A DNA stretch of 64,000 nucleotides from Cyanophora paradoxa CCMP329. Taxonomy: Eukaryota > Plantae > Glaucophyta. The DNA lies in NCBI GenBank assembly GCA_004431415.1, contig QPMI01000056.1:1-64000 (forward strand), in the 5' to 3' direction. The notes under the pieces are model-generated. The model was not told the DNA's origin and ran no database searches. It was given only the letters and a program-made list of their open reading frames with translations. The stretch's first letter is position 1, and every line of letters starts with the position of its first letter. The position numbers and the translations under genes were made by a program. Below, in pieces: positions 23,511 through 36,800 of the stretch.

Positions 23511-25374
23511 TTAGAGCATCATGTTGTTGACTCGGAAGGAGACGGGAAGCCCCCTGAGCCCCTGCCCGCGAACCAGCCGCCGAGGATCGAGCGCGCGCGC
23601 TTTGCGAGCGCCTCCTCGACCTGGGCGCACTCCGGAAATCTGAAAATCTGGAAGCGGAGGCCAGTTCGACGGTCACGCCCCTCAGGTTACACGCGGACGC
23701 GGACGCAGAGGAGGAGGAAGAAGAAGAAGGGACGGGAGGGCCAGAAGCTCGCGGAAGGAGCCGAGCTTCCCTTCCCGGCGCCCGGGGCCCCCTCGTCCTC
23801 CGCGATGGAGTCGGCGTAGGATCTCAGGACGACGCGCTCGAGCCTGGGGCCGCCCCGCGCGACCTCCTGGGAGTGAAATGAGTTCAAGGGGCGGGGCAGA
23901 CGTGCAAAAGGGGTACGTATACGGACCCGCAGGACCTCAGCGGAGGCCGGTCCGCCCTCGATCACGAACTCGCGGAGGACGGGGCGCGCGGCGTGGATCA
24001 GGGGTACGAGGCCGGCGACCTCTGCCGCCGACTCGGACTCGGGACGGCCGTGCACATGTACCCCCAGGGAGAGCCGCTCGAGGTGCAGGGACCGAACCCG
24101 AAGACCTCAGGCCAGGAGGGGGGGCGACTCAGGCCAGGAGGGGTATGGGGAGGGGGAAGAAGAAGAAGAGGATGTCGTACCCGGACCTCGAGCTCCTCCA
24201 AGAAGCGCAGGCGAACGACAGAGGCGAGCTCCAATGCGCCGACGCCGGCGGGCGGGAGGCGCGGGGCCCGGACGCAGTCGGGTTGGAGCGCGTCGAGTGC
24301 CCCCGCCAGGCCCTCCGAAGAGGCGACAGCGACCCGGAGCTCCTCCAGCTGGAACAGGCCCGCGAGCTGGCGGAGGGCGGCGCCGTCCCGCACCCGTCAC
24401 GAGAGCTTCGTCAGGCCCGGCCAGACCCGCGCCAGCATCGACTGCGGTGTCCAGAGTCAGACGCGTGCGCGCGCTTCGAATCGGAGGATCCGGAAGGGCG
24501 GCGAACCGTGTGCTCTGCCGAGAGTGCGACAGCATCGTGCGCGGACGAGGGGGACGGGGGAGCGAGCGGACGGGGAGCGGGCGGAGCGCTGCCAGCAGGC
24601 CGCGAACGACGGCCTCGGGGGGCGGTACCGCGGCGTGCTCGCGTGCCACAGGACCGAGCCAGTGCTCCAGCTGCCATCGATGCGGACGGACTCCGGCGGC
24701 GCGGGCACCGCCGACAGGGCCTCCAGTATTTCTGCGAAAGGCGCGCGCCGAGCGAGCGTCAGATCACGGCCTGCGGTCGAGAATGGCACGCGCACGTCCG
24801 AGAGCGCACCTGTGAGGGCAATGGCGGCGTGGACGCTCGCTCCCTTGAACTCCGTCGCGCGAGATCCAATTGCAGCCCGGGTTCTCTCCATCTTAGGTGT
24901 GCGAAATCTGTAGCACGCTGCGCCGACGACGAGCATGCGGCAGCCCCGCATCGCTCCGCTCCGCGCGCGATCCGTGACCCGATCCAAAAGCTCCTCGTAC
25001 TCGCTGATGCGCTCTTGCAGGCTGCCCTCCTCACTGGGCTCGACCCGCAGCTGCTCCCAGTGCACGCCGCGCACGAGCTGGCGGAACCGCCTGTCCACCG
25101 CCCACAGCCGGCACTCCTCGTCGCCTCCGTCGCCTCCAGCTCGCTGAAGATACGCTGCACGAGCTCGTCGGGCAGCCGCGCGAAGTGAGTGACTGCGTCC
25201 GCGTTCCCCTTGCCACTCGCCTCCGGCTCCGCTGTTGAGGGAGGGTTCGTCGTGCACGTGGCATCCTGCCATTCGTACTCGCTTGCTGAGAATGGCGGAC
25301 CTGCGAGGCAGTGCGAGCTCCTCCTCGCGATAGCGAGCGCGCTTCTCGTGCCGCTGATCGGCCATGAGGGCCAT
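23511..25374 (-). CDS. F-box protein (host family, LRR-like C-terminal region); contains frameshift(s)
   Basis: HFARLPDELVQRIFSELEATEA/EECRLWAVDRRFRQLVRGVHWEQLRVEP is nearly identical to the 48307 gene. The C-terminus SILGGWF…PVSFRVNNMML* (TAA 23513-23511) matches that paralog's IIRGWF…PISFKVN. Confidence 0.75.
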
Positions 25375-25779
25375 GACTGAGACTAGCCGGTCCAGGCGAG
25401 ACTGCCGGCGCGGGCTGCAGCCGAATGCCAAGCCATCGCCGACCGGGCGGCGAGGGCTGCTGGCGTTCGCAGAAGAGGAAGTGCTTTCCGAAGTTCGAAT
25501 TCCCTAGTATCCCTACGTTTTGTAATTCTACCCGACCGAGCAGATGCCATGATGGTCAGGTGAAACCACCGGGGTGATCTGCCCGGCTCTTTCAGCTCGA
25601 TGTTAGCTGCACAGGAAGCGTCGGAGGCGCGAAGTGGATTCTATAGCTGCTATTAGCTCGACGGAGGAGATTGATCGTCTATGGCCGCTTCGCGGCGTCG
25701 TCGCGGTATCCCCCGCTTGTCCCGTCCCCCCGACCCTAGCTAACGTTCGCTTTCGAATTCGAAATTCGAATTTCCCGCG

Positions 25780-26310
25780 GCCGGGGGGATCGATCGCTCA
25801 CTGAGTCAGATTTGCTCTCTATATATCTAGATGTCTATCCGACTCTATCGCTTGGACGGTATCCCTTGCGACGGACCGACGCCGCGGTCCGACGGCCGCC
25901 GGGCATCCCTTGCCAAGTTGCGATATCGATCGCTCCGACTTGGCGAGACTCCGAGGCTCTCTAGATATCGATCGCGATCAGATTAATATTGGATCTCCAG
26001 CCGCTGAGCTGCGCGCAGCAGCAGGCTCCAGCTTCGACAGCTATCCCTTAAAAAGCTTAAAAGCTTGCGAGCGGGGGATCGATCGCTCTCTAGAGTCGAG
26101 ACTAGTTCTCCGGATCCCGGCCAGCTGCAGGCTCCTGCTTCGACGTCGACGGCTATCCGATCCCTTGCGATCGCGAGCGGGGGATCGATCGATATCGCTC
26201 CCTAGAATCCCCTAGATCTAGAATCAAGATCTCCAGCTTCGACGGCGCCGGCTGTCCCTTGCGATATCGATCGCGAGCGGGGGATCGATCGCGATCGATC
26301 GATCGATGCG
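25780..26310. repeat. Degenerate GATC-rich repeat region
   Basis: Recurrent GCGAGCGGGGGATCGATCG, TCCCTTGCGA and CTCCAGCTTCGAC motifs. Confidence 0.6.
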
Positions 26311-27185
26311 CTAGCGCTTGCCCCGCCGCCCCGCCGATCGCGACGCGCCCGCCGACGCGCCGCGCAGGCTGTGTTGCTGTACTACGGTACAGCAACTCGA
26401 GGTGCGCGCGGGGCGCCGCGTGGGCGGCGGCGGGATCGCCACTCACGCCGCTGTCCCGCGCGCGCGCGCGCAGCTCCGGATCCGTCTCTGCGGTGGCGGG
26501 GGCGGCGGCCGTGCCACGGTGGGCGGGGCGGGCCCCGGGGCCGCGGCCCGGCGACGTCGACGTCATCGCCGTGCGGCTCGACGCGCGCGGCGCCGTCGAG
26601 ACGAGTCCCGTGCGCCCCCCGCCCGCCCCCGCCCCCGCCCCGCCCCCGCCGACCGCTCTCGTGCCTCTCAGGCGCCCTTCCGCCCGAGCCGCCGGCCCTC
26701 CTCCTCTCGCCCCAGCTTTGCCCGCCCGCCGCCCGCCGCCCGCCGCTCCGTAGTGGCTCGCGATCGAGGCCCAGCGCTGGCTCTCGTCCCGCCGCGCCCC
26801 TCTGCCCCTCGAGCTCCCCCCCCCTCCCCCCCCCCCCCCCCCCCGCTTCCCCCTTCTTCCCGCCCCCGTCACCCCCCGGCCCCTGGATTTAAATCTAGAT
26901 CTGATCTAGATCTGGCTCCCCCGAATTCTCTTCCCCCCGCCTCCCCCCCCCCCCCTTCCCCCCTGCCCCTTGAAGCTGTTCGCGGGAATGCGAGGAAGTT
27001 CGATGTTCAACCTGGCAACGTTCAACGGTTCAGCCCGCCATCGCAAGGGGCCATACACCAACAGACATATCAACTTCAGTTCTGCATGCGCAGGGCAGCG
27101 ACCTCGATCTAGATCTACAGTTGCGAGGGAGGCTGCCGCCGGGCGCTATAGATAGCTATGGCCGCTCAGCTGCGGGGGGCGTGAG

Positions 27186-29400
27186 CTAGAGTCGGCCCCT
27201 GCGCGTGGTCGACACGTTTCTGCCGTTGATGCGGACCGAGACGGGACCCCGGGCCCGGAGTGCCCGGGGGTAGCCAGTCTCAGAAGAGGGCGCGGGCCTG
27301 CTCGTAGTAGCATTCCGGAAGCCAGAGCTCGAGATCGAGCTTAAGTGCAGCGGCTTGAGCTCGAGCTCGAGCCGCTTCTTCTGCGACGACTCCGGCACCG
27401 GCGCCGCGCTCGCGCGGCACGCTCAGGTGAGCGAGAAGATCCCGAAAGGGGCTCAGCCTGACCGGCCCTCCGGATCCGAACCGGTTCGGATCCGAGGCCG
27501 TCCGGATCCGCTTGGCTCCTCAGATCGAAGGCGAGGGACGCCCGCTCGAGCCTCGGGCAGGCCCCCCGCGACCTCCTGCGGGGCGTGAGTCACGCTCATG
27601 ATCAGGTGAGCTCAGATCTGATCTGATCTGATCTGACCCGAAGGACGTGCGGGGGGGGGGGGGGGGGGGGGGGGGGACGTTGAGGAAGCGGAGGGAGGGG
27701 CGGGCGGCGCGGAGGATCGCGAGGGACGCCAGGGCCCCGTCGGGGAGGTACGGGGTCCGACTCGGGAGGGAGATGTCCAGGGCGAGCGTCCGGAGGGGCG
27801 GGAGGGCCGCGAGGCCCTCCGTCGCCGCGCGCTCCGCCGCCGCCTGCAGCGCGCTCGCCCCGCCGTCCGCTTCGTCTGAGGCCTGAGGGAGGTCTAAATA
27901 AGCGGGAGAAGGGAAGGGGGAGGGGGGGAGGGAAGGGGGTACGTACGTCGAGGACGAGCCAGAGGCGGCGAGCTTCGGGAGGCCCGCGAGGCCTCCTAGG
28001 AGGGCCCCGGCCTCGTGGTCGACCTGGCGGGAACGAAGTCGGGTTGGATCTGATCTGATCTGATCTGATCTGATCGGCGCTGATGCATGAATGCTTCGCT
28101 ATGCACTCTCGAAGCGCGCGCGCTTAAAGGGAGCGTCGAGCGAGCGGGCGGACCGACACTCTGAGCTCCTCCACGAGGCGGCAGGAGGGGCCGCCGAGGA
28201 GGCGGGAGGGGGAGGAGGGGCCCGAGGGGCGGCACCGGCAGCAGCCCTCTATAGCTAAGGCTGCCCGCCCCCCCGAGGGGCTTCCAAGGCCTCTTCCAGG
28301 CCCTCGGACGAGGCCAGCAAAGGGACGCGGAGCTCCTCCAGCTGGTGCAGGCCCGCGAGCTGGCGGAGCGCAGCGCCGTCCCGCATGCCGCACGAGAGCC
28401 TCCTCATGATCAGGCCCGGCCAGACCCGCGCCAGCCTCGCCTGCGGCCGAAGCGAAGAAGAAGAAGAAGATCGAGATCAGAACGAGCGCGTGAGCTCAGG
28501 GTCGGGCACAGCTGGGCGCACCGCCTGCTCGAGACCCAGGCACTCGCGAGTCGCCTCGCACGGGAGCCGGAGCTCGCGCAACCGCAGCCGGCCGCGCCGG
28601 CGCCGCATGTCGGGACCGTCGTCGTCTTCGGAGTCCGCGCGCGGCCGCGACGATAAAGGCTTAAGCTTCGGCAATTGCAAGAGCGCCGTCGTCCCGAGTC
28701 CAGCTCCAGCGATCGGAGGGGCGCCGCCGGGCCCGGAGACTCCATGAAGCAGTGAGCTCGAGCGACGTCCGCCAGATTTAGAGACAGCGTGTCCTCCGGA
28801 TCGATCCGCGCCGAGCCGGCGCCGGGTCGCGGCGCTCGGCCATTGGCGCCAGTTTCGAATTCCAGCGAAGTGCACACGTACGCACTCTCTGGCGGCACGG
28901 GCGCCTTCGCCAGGGCTCTCAGCAGCTCTGCGCATCGCGGGCGCAGATCTGAAGCTTAAGTGAGTGCGTAGAGTCGGACGAGACGCCGAGGAGCTCGAAA
29001 AAAGCACCTATTATGGCGACGGCGGCGTGGAAGCAAGCTTGGACGCCGTCCCCCGTGTGCAAAACCGACTCCAATCCGCGGCGCGGCCGCACTCTGCCAG
29101 GCTGGACCGCGGCCGACGATGAGCCGCCTGCAGCTGCAGCCGCTTTCTGTACTTCCTATTGCTCCTCAGAGGATTGCCTTGCAGCGGTCAGCTTCGAACG
29201 CGTGCGGCTCGACCGTACCCGGAGCTGCCGCCAGTGCACGCCGCGCACGAACCGCGCGCCTGTCCGCCGCCCACATGTCACAGTGTACAGCCGGTCGCAT
29301 ACGAGCTGGCCACGCATACGCTTCATTCGAGTCGACGTCGGCCGCGGGGCGCTCCGGATCCATGCAAACGCGTACGCCTCGGCCCGCGCCGGCGAGGATG
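27186..29400 (-). pseudogene. Decayed paralog of the F-box family at 23511-25374 and 48307-50683
   Basis: Retains GTGCGCGGCGTGCACTGGCGGCAGCT (VRGVHWRQL), the KLARVWPGL-type exon (28330-28440, matching 24340-24440) and the C-terminal PVSVRING. The F-box exon is disrupted by insertions and stops. Confidence 0.7.
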
Positions 29401-30629
29401 CTCTGACTGCTGGCGCCGGCAGTTGCGGCAGTTGCGGTAGTTGCGGCAGTTGCGGCAGTTGCGGCAGTTGCGGCAGTTAGGGCAGTTGCCTGAGGAGAAG
29501 GTCAGCTGCGGCACTCGTGCGCGCGCTGTACCCGGCCCGGTCTCAACCTGGAGTCAACCAGCACAGCGCAACTTCAAAGGCTTGCCACCAGTGCCAGCTC
29601 AAGAACCAGCGCTCACCTGAGCGTTTGTGCGTGCGCGGCATCGCCTGCCGCGTATAAATCCTAGGATCCGCAACCTTCTCGCACGCAGCGATGCACGATG
29701 AGAGCGGCGCCAGAGTACGCATTCGCTGCGTTCTCTCCCAGCCTGCGTGCTCGCATCGGCTCGCGGTCTCATATGCTGTCGCGGTCCGGTGAGGCTTAGT
29801 CGGCGCTGACGTCGGTAGCTGCTGCAGCGGGCCGGTCCGCGCTTCGTAGTTCGCCGGCCCAAAGTTGCCCCAAACCTACGCCTACTTGCGCGGTGTGCAT
29901 TTGCGCCCCCGCCGGCCGAACTCGAACTCGCTCATGATAGCGTGTGCGCAGGGTTCGGGGTCGCAGCGACGCTGGCGCTTTCGCGTAGACTTCAAGCTTA
30001 AGCTTGATTCCTGTTCGATTCTACGCTCCGTTCTGGTGTGTCAGCGTCCGGAGGACGAAACTCGAGCCCCGCGCGCGGCCGCGGGCCGCGGGCCGGGCCG
30101 CCTTAAAGCTTCTCGCTCGGCGGACGTCGGTGTCGACGCCCGCGAGTGCCGCGACACACTGTGATGTGTTCCGGTGCGCTTTCCCCGCCCCGCCGCCCAG
30201 TGGCGCCGGTCGGCCCGGACGTGTACAGTAGCAAGGTCTGAAAACCGCGGGCCGCCGGGCCTGCGCAGGTTTCGACCTGTGCCCCCGCACCCCGCGCGAC
30301 TTGGAAGCGTCCTCTGTCGCTTGGTGACTGCCTGCATTCGAACGCTCGAGCGAGCTGCGGCACCCCCCTCCGCCCGCAACGGGGGTCGCTCCAACGCGGG
30401 CGGCGCGCTCCGTGCGATTCAGATCTGATCTGAGGCCCGTGCAGATCGATATCGTCGGCCATCGTCGGGGGAATGGAGGGGCATCGTCGGCCGGTGCGAA
30501 TTCTGTACCCCCCCATCTCCCTCCGCCGCGAACATCTCCGCCGCGAACATCCGCAAGGGCTGTGCAAATCTGACGTTGTGGCAGTTCCACCGGCGCCGGA
30601 TGCAGCCACCGGCGCGCTGCAGTCAGGCC

Positions 30630-31850
30630 CCTGCAGAGCAGCGGCCGGTTCTCCTCTTCCTCGCGACCCTCCGACCCTCCGCCCCCTTCGTCTACCTCCT
30701 CGGAGCCGCCTCTTCGCCCCCCCTACTCGCCGTCGTTCTGGGGCGGCCGCCGTCGGGCCCCTCCGAGCCTGCGAGCGCCCCCTCGTCCGCGCCGGACGGC
30801 CCGCCCGTCGCGGCCTACCGGCTGCGCGTCTACCACTCCGAACTGGGGACCTGGTCCGGTGCGGCGTACCCCATTCCCCGACCCCCAGCGGCCCGGCCGA
30901 TCGTGTTAATGCCGTACCCCCAGACGCGCTGGACTCGCCCGAGGAGATGCACCTGTACGCCCCCCAGGGCGGCTCGGTCCTACTCTGGCAGGTCCGACCC
31001 GCCCGCCCCCGCCGCCCCGCCGCTGTACCCCGCCATTCCGCGCGCGTGAAGCTGACGTCCGCGCGCCCGGCAGCGGACGCCGGCGGGCGGGTGGCGGCTG
31101 CTGCTGTACCGCAGCGAGGGCCCCGCGGGGGCCCCGCTCTTCCACAGCGTCTGCGTCGCCGCGGCGCCGGCGCCCGGTACCCCCCTCCCCCTCGCCTCCA
31201 TCTACCGCGACCAGCTCGTCTGGGCCGCCCCGGTACCCCTCCCGCCCCTTCCGCCCGCTCGCGGGCAGGCGCCCCTGACTGCTGCGAGAGTACAGGCGCC
31301 CGCTGGGGGCCGGAGGCGAACGCTCCTCCGCCTGGACCTGGACAAGGACGACGACGGCGTCTTCGGTACGGTTACCCCTCCCTCGGAATCCATGTACCCC
31401 CTCACGCGGGGTACAGACGGCCACGACGCCTTCCCGCTGGACCCCGAGGGCACGTGGGACTCGGACAACGACGGGATCGCCGGTACCCCCCGCGCCCCCG
31501 CAACCGCGTACCCCCTCGAGCCCAACGGCGGCGCCCCGGGGCAGACGAGGTGGACGTGATCGCCGCGACGGGCGCCTGCGTGACGAGCGGCGTGCGGGAA
31601 GCCTGCATGGGGGACAACGCGATCCTCTGTGCGCTCCCTCCCTCTAAGCGAGCGAGCTGTCTTCCAACTCTTAACGTATCTACGCCCCTCCGTTTCGGCA
31701 TCAGACACCGTTTGGGCGTGCTTCTTCGTCGCGATGTGCGCGGTAGCGGCGGTCTACGCCGTCGTCGTCCGCCGCGCCTCCGAGCGCCACCGCGCCGCCT
31801 CGGTGCGCGCGCGCCTCGGATGACTCACCTGAGCAGCCTCCTCGCCTGAG
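30630..31850 (+). CDS. Partial gene for a membrane protein with thrombospondin type-3-like Ca-binding repeats and a C-terminal TM helix; 5' end not found
   Basis: Spliced LDLDKDDDGVF|DGHDAFPLDPEGTWDSDNDGIA|DEVD, followed by the hydrophobic VWACFFVAMCAVAAVYAVVVRR. Confidence 0.6.
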
Positions 31851-32043
31851 CCTCTCCTGAGCGCTCAGATCGCAGGTACGCCTCTCTACCGCTCCGCTTC
31901 CTCCCTCCTCCGATCCCTCGCCCCCGGCTCAGCCCCATGGAGTACATATTCTTATCCCTGGGGGACATGTTCTTATCCCCCAACCCCCTGCCAGGCTGGG
32001 GTACATGTTCTTATCCTGGGGGTAGCCCCCCGCCCGCCCTGGG

Positions 32044-32045
<2 letters not shown>

Positions 32046-32080
<35 letters not shown>
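32046..32080. repeat. (CA)n microsatellite
   Basis: Directly visible. Confidence 0.95.
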
Positions 32081-32082
<2 letters not shown>

Positions 32083-33897
32083 GCCTCCACCCCCCGGGGC
32101 CCCCACCTCGAGCCTCGAGCTCGCCTCCCTCCCGTCACCCGGGACTCACCCCTAGCCTCGTCCCGGGCCCTGTATGCGCCGGGCCCTTCTAGATCCTCAG
32201 GCCCGACCTACCAGGGTAACCAGGTACCACAGTATACGTAGGCCTCGATTCCGGGAGTCCGGATGGGCCCGGCCTGGCGGCCGCGGGCCAGCCTGGAAAG
32301 GGGCCCGCTCGCGAGTCGCGGCCGGCGGCCTTAAGCTTAGGCCTATAGCTACTAGCTACTATATAGCTAGGCTATGGCTATAGGCTAACTTCAGGCTTGC
32401 GGGCCCGCCGGCGCCGCGGCCGGGCCCGGTCAGGGGCCCAACTTGGCAAGCCTTGAAGGCCCATGGCCCAGGGGCCAGCGGCCAAGCCGTCCTTCAGTAG
32501 TATGGCATTCGCGATCGACAACTTGACGAGTCAATGACGACAAGCTTAAGATCGATCACGACGGCCGCTTACCGCGGCTTACTAGTACTTATACCGTGAT
32601 ACGCCGCTTACCATCGAAGATTCGAACTTCGAAGTTAGCCGCGTAAGCCTGAGCTCAGCGTAAGCTCAGTTAGCCGCTTACCATCATGGCATGGGCTGAA
32701 GCCGCTGAACTCGCGTCAGCGGCGAGTCGGCGACGACGGCGAGTCGACGGCGACTCACTGAGTCAGCGCGGTCGTCGGGCCGCGGCCGCGGCCCGCGGGC
32801 AGCCTCGAGCTCGGGCCCCGGGGCCCGGCCGCCCGAGCAGCAGCCTGCCAGCAGGGCCGGGCTGCGCCAGGCTCGCCGCCATCTGCAGCCTGCAGGCTGC
32901 AGCCTGCAGCCTGCAGGCTAGCGCTAGCGCTGCACTGGCAGCGCTAGCCTAGTAGCCGCCGCGGACGTCGACCGAGTCCAAAACCACATGAATGGATTTA
33001 GGGGAATTTCAGGTGTTTCTGCGTGCATGTCGGACCTTGTCGGTCCACTGTCGGACCACTGTCGGACCAGTGTCGGTTATGCGGCGTTTCGACTCGGCGA
33101 AGCTCGTTTCGCGACCGGTTCGATTTTCAGGTCGACGTCACTTTTTCTGGGCAACTCGCAACCTTTTCGGCTAGGTTTAAGAACGATTCGAAGTAAGCTT
33201 GGGGAATGAACGATTGAGCGGCAATCGGTAAGTTACGCCGCCTTACGCCGGGCTTACGGGGTGATACTCGGGCAAGTTACGGCGGTCTTACGTATACAGG
33301 GCCATTACAGGCTACAGCCTACAGCAGCCTGGCAGAGCAGCAGCCGCAGTCTCAGTCTGCCCGCAGACTGCCAGCCTGGCAGCAGTGCGCATGCAGAGTG
33401 CTACTAGGCTACGTGCAAAGACAGAACAGCTAGCTATAGTTGGCTTAGAGAAGCTCACGCACCACCGCGCACCTGCGAAACCAACTCCGGAAGCCTTACG
33501 AAGGAGCAGAGCAGCCTGGCAGAGACCCAAGCTTTCCTAATAGGCTAGGATCTGGGATCTGGAAGAGTCGCTCGAGCTCCCCGAGTCCAGCAGCAGCCTG
33601 GCAGCTTCTCCTGGCGCCGCGCACAGGCGTAGGATGCTTCACGAGTTCCCACGGACTAGTACTCCCAACCTTTGATAGCTAGACATAGCTGGCCGCGTTC
33701 TTGAGGTTCGCTGCTTACGCGCCGTACGCGTGCGCATATGCATGCGCGCGCGCCGAGAGGGCGAGTCATTGACGAGCGTGCATATGCCGTGCTGGCCCCG
33801 GCCCGGCCCGCAGCGTGCACAGATTCAGATCTCTCCGACCCCCTTCGGGTCGACCGCGCGCGGCCTTCAGCTCGTCCCGTTCCCGCCCTGATTTAGC

Positions 33898-36800
33898 ATG
33901 GATAAGCGGGTCCACGAGGAGGGAGGCGTGGGGAAGGTTCGCTTCTACATGCCCTTAAGATCACATGATCCGATGATCACGCGCACGGGCTTCGCTCATT
34001 GCGAAATCGCTTGCAATCGCTCCGCAGAATGAAGACAGGGTAAGCGCGCCGGCCCGGCACCCTAGGCCTAGGCCCAGGCTTTAAATTTGCGGAACCTGGA
34101 GCTGCGCCGGCATCCGCCGCGCGGCCTTGGCGCAGCCCGCCCTCACTGACTTCTTCGGATTCAGCTATGGCGCGCGATGTATGCGGTGCAAGACCACCTG
34201 GTGCCTCGGCCCGCAATGCCTTAGCCCGGCCGCTACGCATGCATAGGCCATAGCGGTTTCTCGGGCTCTTTAATTTACTATATCTAGATCTCTGCGCATG
34301 AGTAAATTTTTTAGGGCGGGGCTCGTCCGCGATCCTAGGTCTAGACTAATCCTCGCGGGGCCCCCCAGACGGAGATCAGCGACAGGAGGTACAAGAACCG
34401 GGTCCGCGCGCTCGAGCTCCCCGCGATCCCCGCCCTAGGCCTCGCGATCGGCCTCGGCCGGCGCCGCGGCCGCCCGAGCTCACGAGGGCCGTTGGACCGT
34501 CGGACGCACGCGCGCGCGCCCCAAGCTCACGAGGGCGCACGCGCTCTAAATCCTTACGTCCTCTTTAAACCTTCTCTCTTAATTACTTCTCTCTTACTTT
34601 CTGTTTAACGAACCTAACAAGACGAGGGCGGCCGCGGGCGCGCAGAGGGAACAGGTCCTCTCCGTCCTCTTCAGCTTCATCGACGGCATCCAGCTCCTCG
34701 CGCTCTGCATAGGGAGGCACTCCTGTGCGTGCTTCTAGATCTACTTTTTACTTAGGAAGCTTGTGATTAGATCTCGCGTGGCCGCGGCGCCGGCTGCTGT
34801 GCCCCTCCCCTCTTTTCCCGACATGTACACGGGCCCACGATCGCGATCGGCCGCGCAGCATTCGACTCCGGAGTGTACCGGCCCATCATCCGCTATGTAG
34901 ACCTCCACATCGTGCGCCTCGGGCCCGCTTTGAACTTCTCCCTCCCGCGACGTCGACGAGCACCCAATATTAATCAAATTTAACGCTCGATTCCCGTTTC
35001 ACGCTTGAATTGATTCGTTTCGGTCCGGCCGGGCCCGCCGCAGCTCTTCACGCAGCACAACTACGACAAGTTCACGAACGTCCTCTGGGCCTACTTCATC
35101 GCTTTTCTCGTAGCCATCCTCGCCTTTCTCTATCGCCTCGTCCGGCAATCCGTGCGTAAATAAATCGGGCGGCGGCGCACCTGTCGAGCTCGAGATCGAC
35201 CGCCCACGCCCCGCCTCAGAAGGGCAAGCCGGCGCGGACGGTCCAAATCTACAGCGTTATGCTCATGCGGGTATGCAGCTCATGATGATGATAATATATA
35301 CAGCCCGGTTGATGCAAATTAAATGTCTCGGCCCAGGCGATCCTCTTCGCCCTCTTCATCCCCTTCGTGAAGCTATTCGTCACGATCTTCGCGTGCGGGC
35401 GGGACGACTGGTCGGGCGAGGCGGCCCCGCCCCTCGTGCAGTGCCTCTCCCTCACGTGGACCGTGTATGCCGCCATCGCGGGGGGCGTGCTCGGCGTCTT
35501 CGTGGTGAGCGCCGGCAATAAATTAGAGCGCGGTGATGATGTATTTTGATTCCGGCTGATTTCGCGCAGCCCTTTGCCGTCGGGTACTTCTTCCTGTTCC
35601 GGCACAACCACATCGGCTGCCCCGACTTCGAGTCCCGCCCGCACGGCCGCTTCCACGCGCCCTACGCCGTCGCCCGCCTCGCGATGATCGCCGCGACGGC
35701 CGCCACGCCCGGCGAGTCGACCCTCGTCCAGATCGTGTACCTCGCCTGCACGGGCCTGCCCCTCGTCGCGCTGCTGAAGACGCTGCCGAGCTACCGCCGC
35801 TTCATGAACTACGTCAGGGGCGGCTTCCTCGCCGCCGCCTTCCACCTCAGCGTCGCCTCCCTCATCATGTCCGGCATCGGCGTCCAGGTTCGTTAGCTTC
35901 AGCTCTGATTTAATCTCTTTAATTTAGCCGTCTAGCTTTATAAAGAGCGCTTAAAGTCCAAGCTAAACTCAGCTCCTGATTTTACAATTTGATCGCGCAG
36001 GGCGACCCGAAGCGCGTGCTCGGCTCCTCGGTGCTGATCGCCCTCGCCGGCCTCGCCTACGCGGCCGGGGTCACCGCCGTCTGGGTCGCCTACTGGCGCG
36101 TCGAAGCGCTCGCGAACCGCGAAGCACCGGTCAGTCCGTCCGCAAAAGCTTATAATCAAGCTTGTATATAATTAGCTTGATTATAAGTGTGCAATTGCAA
36201 GTCTAGATCTCGCGTACTAGTCAGTACTAGTCCTCAAAAGCTTAAGTGTGCAAGTCTCGCGTTCGGTCGCTCGCTCACACTCGCTTTCATTTCTTACGAT
36301 TAGGAATTCGAGTCGCCGTACATCGCGGAGCTCTGCTCGCGGACGATCCTGCAGCGGGAGGCGCACCCCGGCGACGAGTCGAAGCAGAAGGCGGAGGCCC
36401 TCCTCCGGGCGGGCATCGAGCAGTTCCCCACCAGCGCCTACATCCAGGCGCGCCTTATTGGCTTAGCTTACATCGTATTAGCTTCTGGGCCTTCAACTTC
36501 GCGCAGCTCCAGTACGCGCACTTCCTGAAGGCGTTCGCGAACAACGCCAACGCCGCCGCGCAAGAAGTCCGCAACTGGTGCGCCGCAAACTATAAAGTGA
36601 ACTGAATGCGCCTCCAATTTCGATCAAATACTAATCCGACAACTCGGCAGCTGGCGGAAGGAGCCGGCGATCGATTTCCGGTACGAGGCGCACTCGACGC
36701 GGCTCTTCTGGGAGCGCCAGTCGCAGCTGCACGGGGGCGACAAGGCCGGCGCCGCCGCGGCCGACCTCTTCAGCAGCGTCGACAACAAGCGCATGTACGA

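Noticed and set aside
26360-26760. Exon-like stretch (PGDVDVIAVRLDARGAVET)
   Set aside because: No start, no consistent frame and no recognisable domain; too weak to call.
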